From: Mustelus asterias
Lineage: Eukaryota
Direction of reading: 5' to 3'
Length of the DNA: 64,000 nt
NCBI RefSeq assembly: GCF_964213995.1
Contig: NC_135818.1
Span: 44,826,001-44,890,000 of the forward strand
A model generated the notes under the pieces. It did no database searches, had not been told where the DNA came from, and saw only the letters and a program-made list of their open reading frames with translations. Both the position numbers and the translations under genes were made by a program. Each line of letters begins with the position of its first letter. Position 1 is the first letter of the stretch. Below, piece after piece: positions 49,601 through 62,339 of this stretch.

Positions 49601-50024
49601 GAGAAAAATTTGGGGAACCAACTCAATGTGTGGCCATAATAATGATATCATTAACTTAACAATCAAGATGACGAACCAAACTTTGCAATCTGATTGACAG
49701 TTTTCATAATCTTTCTTAGTTTCCAGCTCCATGCTCACAATTAAAGAAGCGTGAGAATTGAACATTTTGTACCAGTGCTTATCTTGTACATTTAACCTTG
49801 TGCAATGTAATTTAATTGCAATACTGAAAATGGTATTTGAGGAGAAGCTTCAAGCTCAGGATTCCATATTCAATTTCCTACGAGTCAGCCAACACTGTTA
49901 CACACAATAATCATCTTGATGAAGTATTTAGCATCATAACTATTATTATTTTGAATGAGTTTTCATAGTAACCTTTACTGCAGCCCTTGTGAACAACTCT
50001 CAATTGGAAGCTTTAATATTCCAT

Positions 50025-50427
50025 GGGGCTGGATTTTATGGAGTGTCGTGTTTCCCGTACCCCCACCGCCCCCCGCAACTGCCACTCCACCGCCCCCACC
50101 CCCACCCCTGCAACTGCCACCCCACCCACATGGTTCTGCCCACGCCCAGTTGACTAAATATTTGATTGAAGCCCACCCATGAAAAAACCAGTTGCCCCAC
50201 AGCCATTAATCATTGGAGGGCCAGCTCACTGCCTTATCACTATCCCTCCCCACCACGCATCCCCTTCGCACCTACCAACCCCCCCAACCCCCAACCACCT
50301 CAACCCCCCTTAAAATGGGAATAATGGAGGTAGGTTAGGGGAGGGGGAAAAGAGGGAAAGCAGCAGAAGAGGCCACAATTTCCCCCTCCTTCAAACATGC
50401 CAGCTGAGGGCCATAAAATCCAGCCCC
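50025..50427. mobile_element. MITE with perfect TIRs
   Basis: ggggctggattttatgg / ccataaaatccagcccc. Confidence 0.8.
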
Positions 50428-52808
50428 ATGTAAAACCCACTGCTCCATGAATTTTAATTCATGCAGAGAGTTCTGCAACATATGTAATGTACAGTCATTT
50501 TCACCATAAGATTAAACTATTAAAATATTTGGTCAATATTTTTAAATGGTGCTTAGATACTTTCTTGGGTCAGGATGGACATTTTGAGTGAAATTCTTTG
50601 CAAAATATGTTATCGTAATTGATATAATGATGAATCAGTACATTTTTGTACACATGTGTGTCTGAATGGACATATTAATAGAGGTGTTTGGTGAACTGAG
50701 AATACATATTCCTCAGATCATACATAACTTGGTTTGTGCCTTATGGCTGGGACTTTCCACACCCGATTGGGATGGGTGTTTCCATTGGCAAGACTGGAAA
50801 ATCTCACAAAAAGATGCGAGGCGTTTTTCCCGGCCAATTAAAGCCAGGAAGTGATTGTCCCCTCCCCGCATCAATGGAGGGCCTTGTTTCTAGATGTTGA
50901 ACATCCGGAACTGAATGTTAATAAATCTTGACCCCACGCTGGAATTATCGCCCCCCCCCCCCCCCCATTTAATTTAAATTCCACCTTTGCATGACTTCAG
51001 GACAGCATAATTTACAACTGCCTCTAAAAGGCATGCACCTGCAGCCCTGAACTTCAAGGCGAACTTGGAGGCGAGTGCACACAACTTAACACAGTGCTCA
51101 TAAGGATCCCGATGAAAATAAGAATCTGCACGAATTCAGGGGAGGTGAGAGGCAAGTGGCTTCATTGTGGCTGGCTTGTAGTGTTGGGGGCAAGGACACT
51201 GCTAAAGGGAGGGGAGGGAAGGGAGCCTCGGGGCTAGGGCTGCAGTACGAGTTGGGATCATGGTAGCACAGACTGAAAGTTGCACACAAGCATATACCAG
51301 GAGATGATAGGGGTGGGTGTAAGAAAACGGCCAGGCAAATGGGAAAACAGGTCAAAGATGAACACTCTTCCTCAGCTTAAACTCATTAGCTTGAACTCAA
51401 TTGGCATACTTGGGGTCCAGCTAGTCAAGAAATTGTACCCAATCAAGCCTCACTAAATCCTGAGAGTGCCAATGTTTGTTGCTTGAAAATTAACCCCTTG
51501 CATGCAGACTTTCAAATTGAATGAGTGCTGCAGAACCATGAGGCAACAGGGAAAGCTTGAGGATCCCCTTGGGAAAGGTGGCCATGGAATACCAACAGAG
51601 AGATTTGCTCCTAATCCCTAGCATTATGTTTAAGTAGATATTGAAAAGTTACCCTCACGGTCCAAGTAAACCGCAAAGCCTTGGAGCGCAGGTTAGGATA
51701 ATGACTGCACCTGAGATGAGAGTTCAGGATGCATTTGAGTCACTATTTGGTCATGCAGTGTGGGGCAGCGCTGGGTGTGGTTTTGGTCAACAATCACTGG
51801 GCATCCTTATGGTGAACAGGACTCTGCAGCATTCATAAAGGGGTCTTGAGAGGCAGCTATAGACAATGATTTGGCTAAGAGTGGCCCTTAGCAGACAAAT
51901 GGTGACCGCCGCATCTCTCTCTTTGACACTGCAGTGAGAAGAGCATCAGGAAGATGGAACTTGGCAATCTTACTGTCTGCTTTATTGTTTTAGGCAGGAG
52001 AGAGGGAGAAGAATTTGTTGGAGGCAATTGAAATCGGCAAAGGGGGGAGCAGAATGCTCAAGCTGAAGGGTGGCAGGGTCTCCTCCGCAGGCAGAGAAGG
52101 AACTCCAGAGAGCTGCTGTTTGTAAGCCCTTCACAGATCCAGAGAAGGTGCATATCTTACCTGCAGGTGAGCAAGAACCAGTGTTGGCAATGGCTGCACA
52201 TGTCAAGGAAACTGATTACTCACCTATGCCATCTTCTTGCAGGACTTGGTGCCAAGGGGACTCAAAGGGCATCCACTGGTTGATGACTTCCATATAACAA
52301 ACTCAGGCTCCTGCTGAGAGGCTCTGCATGAATCCATTGTTTGGTGAAGCACACTACTAACATCATGAAAATGAGCTTCTGATATCTCAGCAGATCAGTC
52401 AGAGCACTCTGGCAAACTCCCCAGAGGGTCACACGCATCATCATGGTTTTCTGCACATTACACAACTTGGTAACGCAAAGGAGGGAGGGTCCTGGATGAT
52501 GAGGAGATGGAGGATTGGCACCTCTCCTCCGATGAGGAGGAAGTTGAAGTGAAGTAGGGTGATGCAGTCCTGGAAGGTGAAGATGCAGGCGATGAGGCAA
52601 TTGCAACTGGCCAAACAAGGCAAACATGTTGGTGGGGCCCTCAATGCCCAAGTTTCCAGGAGGACGATGATGAGATGCAGTGAGAATACGCCTAAGATTC
52701 CCACATTATCTGGGAATGTCCGACTCATGTCCTTCAGAGGGCAGTGTACATATGCCCTGTGAAGACGGTCATATCATGGGAGGTGTGCTAAGATACAGCG
52801 GACACATG

Positions 52809-52931
52809 GGGCAGGAATTTACAGCCTTGCTTGCCCCGAAACTGTAAAATCCCACCCAAGATCAATGGACCTTTCCATTTGTCCAACCCTGCTCCAATTC
52901 CCATGGTGGGTGGAGTGGTAAAATTCCAGCC
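52809..52931. mobile_element. Short Harbinger-type MITE
   Basis: gggcaggaatttac / gtaaaattccagcc. Confidence 0.65.
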
Positions 52932-53295
52932 ATGGACTCAACAGCACTTGAACTTTTGGCAGCCTTCATCACCTGCGGAACAGGGAACATCACTCACAGC
53001 CTGGATGCTCACTTGGTTCAGGTGCCACTGACCTAACCTTCAGCACAGGAAAGATTTACATCCTTGCAGCCAGCCAAATCGCTCTATTTCCAAAGTCTAT
53101 CAGGACCTTGAGGTCGGCCATTATGCCTGGTCTGAGACCTCTCCTTTTTGTTATGTGTCAACTTGTCTTATGTGAGATAGATGGAGAGTGTAAACAGGAC
53201 CCCTGCCAGGCCAGATGAGAAGGATGCTGGACTTGTGTGGGCAGTAAGTGGATGAACACATGTTTCACAGAGGTGTGTATGAGAGAGTGTTTCCA

Positions 53296-53580
53296 TAAGT
53301 TTTTATTTATTAGTATCACAAGTAGGCTTACATTAACACTGCAAAGAAGTTACTGTGAAAATCTCCTAGTCGCCACATTCTGGCGTCTGTTCAGGTACAC
53401 TGAGGGAGAATTTAGCATGGCCAATACACCTAACCAGCTGTTTTGGACTGTGGGAGGAAACCGGAACACCTGGCAGAAATCCATGCAGAAACGGGGAGAA
53501 CGTGCAGACAGTGCCCAAGCCGAGAATCAAACCCGGGTTCCTGGCACTGTGAGGCAACAGTGCTAACCACTGTGCCACCA
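53296..53580 (-). mobile_element. V-SINE variant with non-CR1 tail
   Basis: HE1-like head and V-domain, but tail gtggcgactagg..ttttcacagta..tacttgtgatactaataaa. Confidence 0.85.
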
Positions 53581-54802
53581 TGATGAATTAGTGGTAATGT
53601 CCTTTGGGCTGCCACTAAGTGAGGCCCTTGTGGATGTATGATGGGTCTGTAAGGGTGTGAGTTGAGAGTATTAAGAAGAGTGACATACTGATGGAATGGG
53701 GAGATCATTCATCCTCTTTCAGCACTTGGTGGCTGTCCTCTTTTTGAGTGCATTGGTGCTGACCACAACTGACATTTTATCCCATGCTGAATTGGTGTCC
53801 TTGCTTTCTTCACCCAGAGTGAGGGCAGAGGACATTGTGGCTAGTAGGCATGAGAGGAGGGCATCTCTAAATTTGGGGGCAGTGTGTTTGCTATCTTTGC
53901 CAGCCGGTATCTTCCTAACTCTTGGAGAGTGCTAGCTCTGTACAGGGGCAGCCTTTATACATGGTCCTCGGATTACTGAAGCTTTGAGGTCACAGCGGGG
54001 TGGTCGAGTCTGGAATATATATTTTAATAAACATGTGCCTTTCTGGCTGCATTCCATCCAACACTGATAAGGAGGAGAGGGAGGGAAGTGTCGAGGAAAT
54101 CCCCATTTATTTTAAATTGTTGTGCTACTTCTTTTAATTTGGATCAAGACCCTTAACTCTAAATTAGCCATTCATTCTGTAAACCTGTTTCCATTCAGTT
54201 ACGATCAATATCTCTTTATATATCATTTTTATCTGGACCGCATACTTTTTGTTTACTTCCTGAAGCCATCAAGGTGCAATGGCAATGCCGTCAGCAGCTT
54301 ATTTCACAATGTGACATATTCATCAAAATCCTTTCCCCGAACATTGCTTTCAGTGTGTAAATATGAATAATGTTCTGGGAATGGATTGGGATTTACAGAA
54401 CAACCTTAGTAAGAAAGAATATTTCATATTTCCTAACTAAATGAGTTCAGGGTTCTCTGAACAGCAGGATCAGAGAGCTACAGTAATCAGGAAGTTTGAG
54501 TATTCAAGTATGACAGATGCATTCTGCTTTAATTGTGAGATGCTCAATCTGCCCTTGTGAAATTGGAATCAAAGTTTGGCAGGCAAAACAATAATAGAGT
54601 GATCAACTGTTAGAAAGAGGAGATGGTTAAGGCACAATTGAGCCACATTCCCATGAAAAGGACAACCGAAGTCAGAGCTCCCTGTATGACCAAGCAGATA
54701 GAGAATAAAATTAAAGTGAAAAAAGGTGTGCATAACGGATATCAGGTTGATGACACAAGAGAGGAACGGCTTGCATTTATGAAGTTCAGAGGCGAAGTGA
54801 AA

Positions 54803-55150
54803 TGGGCGGCACGGTAGCACAGTGGTTAGCACTGCTGCTTCACAGCTCCAGCGACCTGAATTCGATTCCCGGCTTGGGTCACTGTCTGTGTGGAGTTTGC
54901 ACATTCTCCTCGTGTCTGCGTGGGTTTCCTCCAGGTGCTCCGGTTTCCTCCCACAGTCCAAAGATGTGCGGGTTAGGTTGATTGGCCATGCTAAAATTGC
55001 CCCTTAGTGTCCTGGGATGCGTAGATTAGAGGGATTAGCGGGTAAAATATGTAGGGATATGGGGGTAGGGCCTGGGTGGGATTGTGGTTGGTGCAGACTC
55101 GATGGGCTGAATGGTCTCTTTCTGTACTGTAGGGTTTCTATGATTTCTAT
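54803..55150 (+). mobile_element. HE1-type V-SINE, full length
   Basis: Near-consensus. Confidence 0.92.
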
Positions 55151-56614
55151 GGAAATAAGAGAGGTAAAGAGATAAAATGAGAAAAGAAGATTGTTCACGT
55201 AAATGAGAATCTAAACATCATCAACAGGTGAATAATTACTGAAAGGGGGGGAAGAAAGGGGTGAACAGAGTAGTGACCACAACAAAAATCTCTGAGTTAC
55301 TAAATGAATACTTTGCATCTACCTTCACTAAGGAAGCAGATGCAACCAAAATCATTGTGAAAGAGTTATCTGAGATATTGGATGGGCTCAAAGTTGATAA
55401 AGAGGCAGGGTTAGAAAGGCTGGCTATACTCAAACTTGATAAGTCGCCAGCACCAGATGAATGTACCTGAGGATACTGGGGAAAGTATGGGTAGAATTTG
55501 AAGACTTACTGACCATAATCTTCCTTAGATATGGGGGAAGTACCAGAGGACTGGAGAGTCACAAGTGTTACCCCCTTATTCAAAACAGGCTGTAAGGATA
55601 AGCCCAACAATTAAAGACCAGTCAGTTCAACCTTGCTGGAGGAAAGATTTCCGAAATGATAATCTGTGACAAAATTAATGGTTACTTGGATAAATGTGGA
55701 TTAATTAAGGAAAGTACTAATCAAAGAAAAGGATAAAGGGATATAGGGAACAGGTGAAGAGGTGGATTTGGGACCAGGGAGAGATTAGCCATGATCTGAT
55801 TGAATGGCAGAGCAGGCTCAAAGGGCTGAATTTGCCGACTTCTGCTCCTAATTCCTCTGTTCCTATGTAAAGTCAACACAGATTTATCAAAGATTTTGAT
55901 GGGGTAATAGAGTAGAGGGTAATGTGATTAATGCTGTGTACAACAACCTCCATCAGATAAAATGCCATGTAATAGGCTTGCTAGCAAAGTTGAAGGTCAT
56001 GGAATAAAAGGAAAAGTGACAGCATGGATACAAAATTGACTAAGTGACAGGAAACAGAGGGTAGTGATGAACAGTTGTTTTCAGACCGAAGGGAGATACA
56101 TGATGTTGATCCCCAGGGTTCAGTACTGAGGCCATTGATTTTCTAGACATAAATTAATGGCCAAGTCTTGGGTCTACAGGGCACAATTTCAAAATTTGTA
56201 GTTGACACAAAACTTGAAAGCCTTGTGAACAGTAAGGAGGATAGTGACAGACTTCCAGAGGACATAGAAAGGCTGGTGGAATGGATAGAATCATAGAATC
56301 TACAGTGCAGAAGGAGGCCATCTGGCACCGACAACAATCCAACCGAGGTCCCATCCCCGTAACCCCACATGTGAAGGCATTTGAAATGATACATTTTGAT
56401 CGAAGAAGGTGGTGAGGCATTATAAAGGGTTCAATTCTAAAAACAGAGACCTATGGTTATATGTGAGTAAATCATTAAAGGTGACAGGGTAAGTCAAAGA
56501 GTTGGTGAAAAAGGCAAACACGATCCTGGGCATTCTAAATAAAGGCATAGAGTACAAAAAATGACGATGAACCTTTATGAAAGACTGGGTCAGTCTCAAC
56601 TGGATTATTGTGTC

Positions 56615-57124
56615 AAATAAAATAAAAGCAAAATATTGCGGATGCTGGAATCTGAAACAAAAACAGAAAATGCGAGGAAATTTCAGCAGGTTTGACAGCA
56701 TCTGTGGAGAGAGAATAGAGCCAACGTTTCGAGTCAGGATGATCCTTCACCAGAGGGGCGGCACGGTAGCATAGTGGTTAGCACTGCTGCTTCACAGCTC
56801 CAGGGACCTGAGTTCGATTCCCGGCTTGGGTCAAAGTCTGTGTGGAGTTTGCACATTCTCCTCATGTCTGCGTGGGTTTCCTCCGGGTGCTCCGGTTTCC
56901 TCCCACAGTCCAAAGATGTGCGGGTTAGGTTGATTGGCCAAGCTAAAATTGCCCTTAGTGTCCTGGGATGTGTAGGTTAGAGAGATTAGTGGATAGATAT
57001 GTAGGAATATGGGGGTAGGGCCTGGGTGGGATTGTGGTCGGTGCAGACTCGATGGGCCGAATGGCCTCTTTATGTGCTGTAGGGATTCTAAGATTCTTCT
57101 AAGACTCTAAGCTAGATGTCAGAG
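56615..57124 (-). mobile_element. Short PLE terminal insertion (decayed hammerhead) containing a nested SINE
   Basis: Perfect 15-bp TSD ctggattattgtgtc; minus strand ctggtgaaggatcatcctgactcgaaacgttggctc. Confidence 0.85.
56756..57110 (+). mobile_element. HE1-type V-SINE, full length
   Basis: Near-consensus. Confidence 0.92.
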
Positions 57125-57675
57125 CTGGATTATTGTGTCCCATTTTTCACTCTGCACTTCAGGAAAGATGTGAAGGCTTCAGAGTGGGTGCAGAAAATAG
57201 TTGTGAGAATGCTTCCAGGGGTGAGGGACGTCAGTTACATCAGTGTTTTGGAGAAGCTGATGTTTCTTTCCTCAGAGAAGGGAAGGCATGGGATTGGGCA
57301 AAGATAGAAGAAGCTTGGGTGATCTGAAGTGTCATGGGGTAACATGGGGATGAGTGCGAGTGATAAGGAGGGTGAGAGGTGGGGTTAGAGGGCCTTTCAA
57401 TGATGTTGGGAGCTGGACTGCTGTGTTGGAGTACTGAGGTGGGTCTTCTAATCCACGCACTCCAAAACCACAGGCCTCAAACATTCCATTGTGGCTCACA
57501 AAATGGACCATGAATACAGCCGCTGTGTGAAAAAAACAAAACTCACGGACAAAGTAATAAATGGGTTGGTTGTACATTTGTGCAAAGTTCTCAGGTTGGT
57601 CTTTCCTGAGTCCACTCAAAATCCAGGCCAATGAGTCAGGATAAATGAATCCTTTTTCAAACTGGCAAACTGTAA

Positions 57676-57955
57676 CTATTTATTTATTAGTGTCATACGT
57701 AGGCTTACATTAATACTGCAGTGAAAATCCCCTAGTCGCCACACTCTGGCACCTGTCCGGATACACTGTGGGAGAATTTAGCATGGCCGATGCACCCAAC
57801 CAGCTCATCTTTCGGACTGTGGGAGGAAACCGGAGCACCCTGAGGAAACACACGCAGACATGAGGAGGACGTGCAGACTCCACACAGATATTGACCCAAG
57901 CCAGGAATCGAACCTGAGTCCCTGGCACTGTGAGGCAGCAGTGCTAACGATTGTG
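57676..57955 (-). mobile_element. V-SINE variant with non-CR1 tail
   Basis: Same architecture as 53296-53580. Confidence 0.85.
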
Positions 57956-58199
57956 CTTCTCAAAATAAGTTGCAGCCACATGCTGACCTTCCTTTGTCTT
58001 TACTCCCTGGTAGCAGGCAGTCATCAGTTTTGAATTTCATGAGACACCCCCTTAATTGGCCTGCGGACAGAGTTGATGAGATGGGAGTAGAGGCAGGGTG
58101 AGGCAAGTGCAGGCCTGATTTAAACAAACCATGGCAACTATTACTGTAGTAACCATTTAAGTGGTGTGACTTCAGGTTGGAAGAGCACCGAGACTTTGT

Positions 58200-58340
58200 A
58201 TTGAAGAATGCCTCAGGTGAGCCAGAGACTGATGGAGAGCTGGAGGGCCTCTTGGAGGCTGTTAGGGAGAAGAAGAAAGTCCTCTTTCTGGGGAGTGGCT
58301 GAAGGAGACTATTCGCCCAGACAAATCAGGCTTATAAGGA
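58200..58340 (+). pseudogene. Harbinger Myb/SANT-like ORF N-terminal remnant
   Basis: DGELEGLLEAVREKKKVLF resembles helix 1 of trihelix domains. Confidence 0.4.
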
Positions 58341-58350
58341 GACAGAAAAG

Positions 58351-58771
58351 AGTGGTTAGCACTGCCGCCTTACAGTGCCAGGGTCCCAGGTTCAATTCCA
58401 GCCTTGGGGGAAGGGATTTTCACAGTAACGTCATTGCAGTGTTAATGTAAGCCTACTTGTGACACTAATAAATAATAAGTAAACTTAAAAGCTGTCTGTG
58501 TGGAGTTTGCACGTTCTCCTTATGCCTGTGCCTGTGTGGATTTCCTCTGGGTATTTCCTCCCACAGTCCATAGATGTGCGGGTCAAGTGGATTGGCCATG
58601 CTAAATTGCCCTCTAGTGTCCCAAGATATATAGGCTAGGAGGATTAATGAGGTAAATGTGTGGGGTTATGGGGATAGGGAAGGGTGTGGGCCTGGGTAAT
58701 ATCCTCGGTCAGAGAGTTGGTGCAGACTCGATGGGCCAAATGGCCTCCTTCTGCACTGTAGGGATTCTATG
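58351..58771 (+). mobile_element. HE1-type V-SINE with an inserted variant tail (58409-58490)
   Basis: Head, then gggattttcacagtaac..gtgacactaataaa, then the V-domain resumes. Confidence 0.8.
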
Positions 58772-59587
58772 AGTGTGGTGCAATGAAATTGGATCCAGTT
58801 GATGTAACCCTGAACACTCAGGGCTGGCCTCTGGGTAAGCACTCTCTAGAATGCACAACAACTGAGGAACCTCAAGACATGTACTGCTCCTGAACATGGT
58901 AGGAATATGTGCCCAGAATTGTTATTGATTCCTCAGAATGTTTCAGAGCCGTTATTCTGCTGAGGACCTGCCAGAACCGATACATGCATTTTGTAATGGA
59001 TAGTAGCAGCTGCCATTGAGCATAGTGGCCAGCAGTGTCTTGTCATGCTCTCCTTTGTCCTTGTAGGAGAAATGGGCATATAATCCCCAGGAGAGAGCAT
59101 AGACTATTGGTGGGGTCCTCTACCTTCACATGATCACAGCTGTGCAGGAGGGATCCTTGGCTATCATCAGGATCACAAACCATGAGGAAAGTATCCCACT
59201 GCAACCCATGCACCCAAAATAATATTGGTGCAGTAAGCCCCACTACCATCTCCAGAATGACCATCACATGTATCTCAGCAACAAACTGAGAGAGGTGAGC
59301 AGGCTGCCTCCACCCCCTTCAAGGCCACACTGGGGACAAGTGACCAAGCACTGAGGTCACCATGTTGGGCAGATCATTGAATGCAAATCATTGGGGTCTC
59401 TTAAACTTGTAACTGAGAACTGTTTTCCTTTATGAGTACCATGTAAGTATTGATGCTTGAAGCCAGACATGGGAGCCTCTCTTTACTAATGGTGGGTCAA
59501 GAAAAGTAGGTGTTAAGAATTGAAGGCAAGCAAGGACACTGAAATCTCTGGGCAGATGTACATCCTTCATATGTGGTAAGAGATTAT

Positions 59588-60112
59588 GGTCCCCATTTTA
59601 CCATTTGGATTCTAAGTGCTGGGCGGGCTTCAAACTGGGAATGTTTCAGATCCGACTTTTAGACCCGTTCTCAGGCGCCCCCATACGCACTCTGCCTGAA
59701 AAACTAGCAGCGATTCTGAATTGTGCTGCAGAAGCCTGTGGGCGGGGCTTATCGCGCCCAAAACGCTGCAGCTCCGATTCGAGCCTTCAACTGCGAATGC
59801 CCAGTACAAAAATGGAGAAACTCTCCCCTGCCACATTGCTCCCAGGCTGGGTAATGCCTCCCCCTGGTCCCAACAGACATTGCCTCACCCCCACAACATT
59901 ACTGACCCCCTTATCCCCCCCCCCACACCTTGCCACCGATCGCGAGCCGCTCCCCCCTACCCCCCACCGATCACACACAGAGTGGCAGCGGAACCCCTTC
60001 CCCTCCACTGATCACACGCAGAGTGGCAGCAGACTCCCGTTGCCCCCCGCTCCTGCTCCTCACCCCTCCGGGCCCCCACCAGAGAGCCATGTGCCCGCTT
60101 CCCTCCCTCACA
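59588..60112. mobile_element. Left part of a relative of the 33700-35089 Harbinger-type element
   Basis: Collinear similarity (attttaccatt, ttcagatccgactt, cccccatacgcactc, gcagagtggcag). Confidence 0.8.
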
Positions 60113-60114
60113 AT

Positions 60115-61526
60115 CTGAGGTTGTGCCCTCTGGCTAGTTTTTTCTACTCGTGGAAACATCTCTCCACGTCCACTCTATCCAGGCCTCACAGTATCCTGAA
60201 AGTTTCAATAAGATCCTCCCTCATCCTTCTAAACTCCAACGAGTACAGATCCAGAGTCCTCAAGTGTTCCTCATATGACAAGCTCTTCATCCCAGGGATC
60301 ATTCATGTGAACCTCCTCTGGACTCTTTCCAAGGCCAGCACATCCTTTCTTAGATATGGGGCCTAAAACTGCTCACATTACTTCAAATGGGATCTGACCA
60401 GAGTCTTATACAGCTTCAGTAGTACATCCCTGCTCTTGTATTCTAGCCCTCTCGACATGAATGCTAACATTGCATTTGCCTTCCTAACTGCCGACTGAAC
60501 CTGCACATTAAACTTAAGAGAATCTTGAATAATTACCCCCAAGTCCCTTTGTGTTTCTGATTTCCTAAGCATTTTCCCATTTAGAAAATAATCTATTCCT
60601 CCATTCCTCCTTCCAAAGTGCATAACCTCACACTTTTCCACATTGTATTCCATCTGCCATGTCTTTGCCCACTTTCCTAAACTGTCCAAGTCCTTCTGCA
60701 GCCCCCCTGCTTCCTCAATACTACCTGTCCCTCTACATATCTTTGTATCATCTGCAAACTTAGCAACAGTGCCTTCAGTTCCTTCCTCCAAATTGTTAAT
60801 GTATATTGTGAAAAGTTGTGGTCCCAGCACTGACCCCTGAGGCACACCATGAGTCACCGGCTTCATCCTGAAAAAGACCCCTTTATCCCCACTCTCTGCC
60901 TTCTGCCAGTCAGCCAATCCACTATCCATGCCAGGATCTTACCCTTAACACCATGGGCACTTAACTTATTTAACAGTCTCCTATGCGGCACCTTGTCAAA
61001 GGCCTTCTGGAAATCTAAATAAATCACGTCCACTGGCTCTTCTTTATCTATCTTCCTTGTTACCTCCTCAAAGAACTCTAACAGATTTGTCAGACATGAC
61101 CTTTCCTTTACAAAGCCGTGCTGACGCAGTCCTACTTTATCATACACTTCAAAGTACTCTGCGATCTCATCTTTAATAATGGGCTCTAAAATCTTGCCAA
61201 TGACCAAAGTCAGGCTAACTGGTCTATAATTTCCCATCTACTGCCTCCCTCCCTCTTAAACAGCAGCGTTACATTAGCTACTTTCCAGTCCTCTGGGACC
61301 TTCCCTGCCTCCAGTGATTCCTGAAAGATCATCACCAATGCCTCCACAATTTCCTCAGCTATCTCTTTTAGAACCCTGGGTGTAGTCCAGTCAGTCCAGG
61401 TGATTTGTCCACCTTCAGACCTTTCAGTTTCCTCAGAACCTTCTCCTTAGTGATAGCCACGACACTCACCTGTGCCCCTGACTTTGCTGGAGCTCTGGCA
61501 TCCCACTGGTGTCTTCCACCGTGAAG
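60115..61526 (-). mobile_element. CR1 LINE ORF2 RT fragment (frameshifted)
   Basis: NYRPVSLT, QHGF, DFQKAFDKVPH, GVPQGSVLGP and FADD split across ORFs 60863-61237 and 60378-60929. Confidence 0.92.
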
Positions 61527-61810
61527 TCAATAAATAGGAGTCTGACGTAAGTGTCTGTTATCCAGGTATTCCAGTAATGAGTGTAGGGCCAGGGAGATGG
61601 CACCTGCTATGAACCTGTTGCAGCGATAGGTGAACTGTAATTGATCGAGGCAATCTGGGAGGCTGGACTTGATTCGTGCCATGATTAACCTTTCGAAGAA
61701 CTTCATAATGATGGATAATAGAGCGACTCGGCCATAGTGATTAAGGCACGCTGTCTGACTTTTCTTTGGTACAGGGATGATGGTCATCTTCTTGAAGCAG
61801 ATAGGAACCT
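61527..61810 (-). mobile_element. Rex1/Babar RT internal fragment
   Basis: IIPVPKK..CLNHY.RVAL.SIIMKFFERL..LDQLQFTYR.NR...AISLALH. Confidence 0.85.
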
Positions 61811-62339
61811 CAGATTCGTCTTCCTTCTTCTATGGCATCATCATGCTCATAATGACCCCCAGCAATCTCCTGTGCTTCCTACACCTCCAGGGCTTCCTAC
61901 ACCTCCTCAGCTTCATCTTCCAATGAGCGTTCATCGTCCTCTAACTCACTTCTGGCAAGGAATCAACTCACTGCATTGCAACATTCTGAAGGATATAACA
62001 TATTGCGATCATGCGGAAAACTCTCTCCAGTGTGTATCGTAGAGAGCCACCTGAGCGGTCCAGTCATTTGAATCGCATCTTCAGAAGTCCTTTTGTCTGT
62101 TCTATCAGGAAGCTTGTGAGCAGCACTGTATTTATCCTCAGAGGCGTCGCACTAGTGTCATCAATCAGTGTTTCAGTGAATATCCCTTATCAGGCACCTG
62201 GGAGTGACTGAGGATATATGAGTCATGACAGCTCAGAGGGTACCGTGCACATGTGTAGGATATGTTTTCAATGATCATGCACCAGTTGCATGTTTATGGA
62301 ATGGTAGCCCTTACAGTTTATGAACATTTGTATGTTTAT

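Larger units (their letters stand above)
50744..54105. mobile_element. Decayed PIF/Harbinger element: transposase (+) and Myb/SANT-like ORF (-) convergent
   Basis: Plus strand 52240-52560 WLMTS..MKMSF..PQRVTRIIMVFCTLHNL; minus strand 53880-53700 APKFRD..AWDKMSVVVSTNALKKRTATKC.KRMNDL; outer limits approximate. Confidence 0.7.
55280..57285 (+). mobile_element. Old CR1 ORF2 remnant with nested insertions
   Basis: LNEYFASTFT, LKLDKSPAPD, VPEDWR and LDYCVPF motifs; nested CR1 3' UTR (55720-55868) and SINE tail (56286-56372). Confidence 0.8.
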
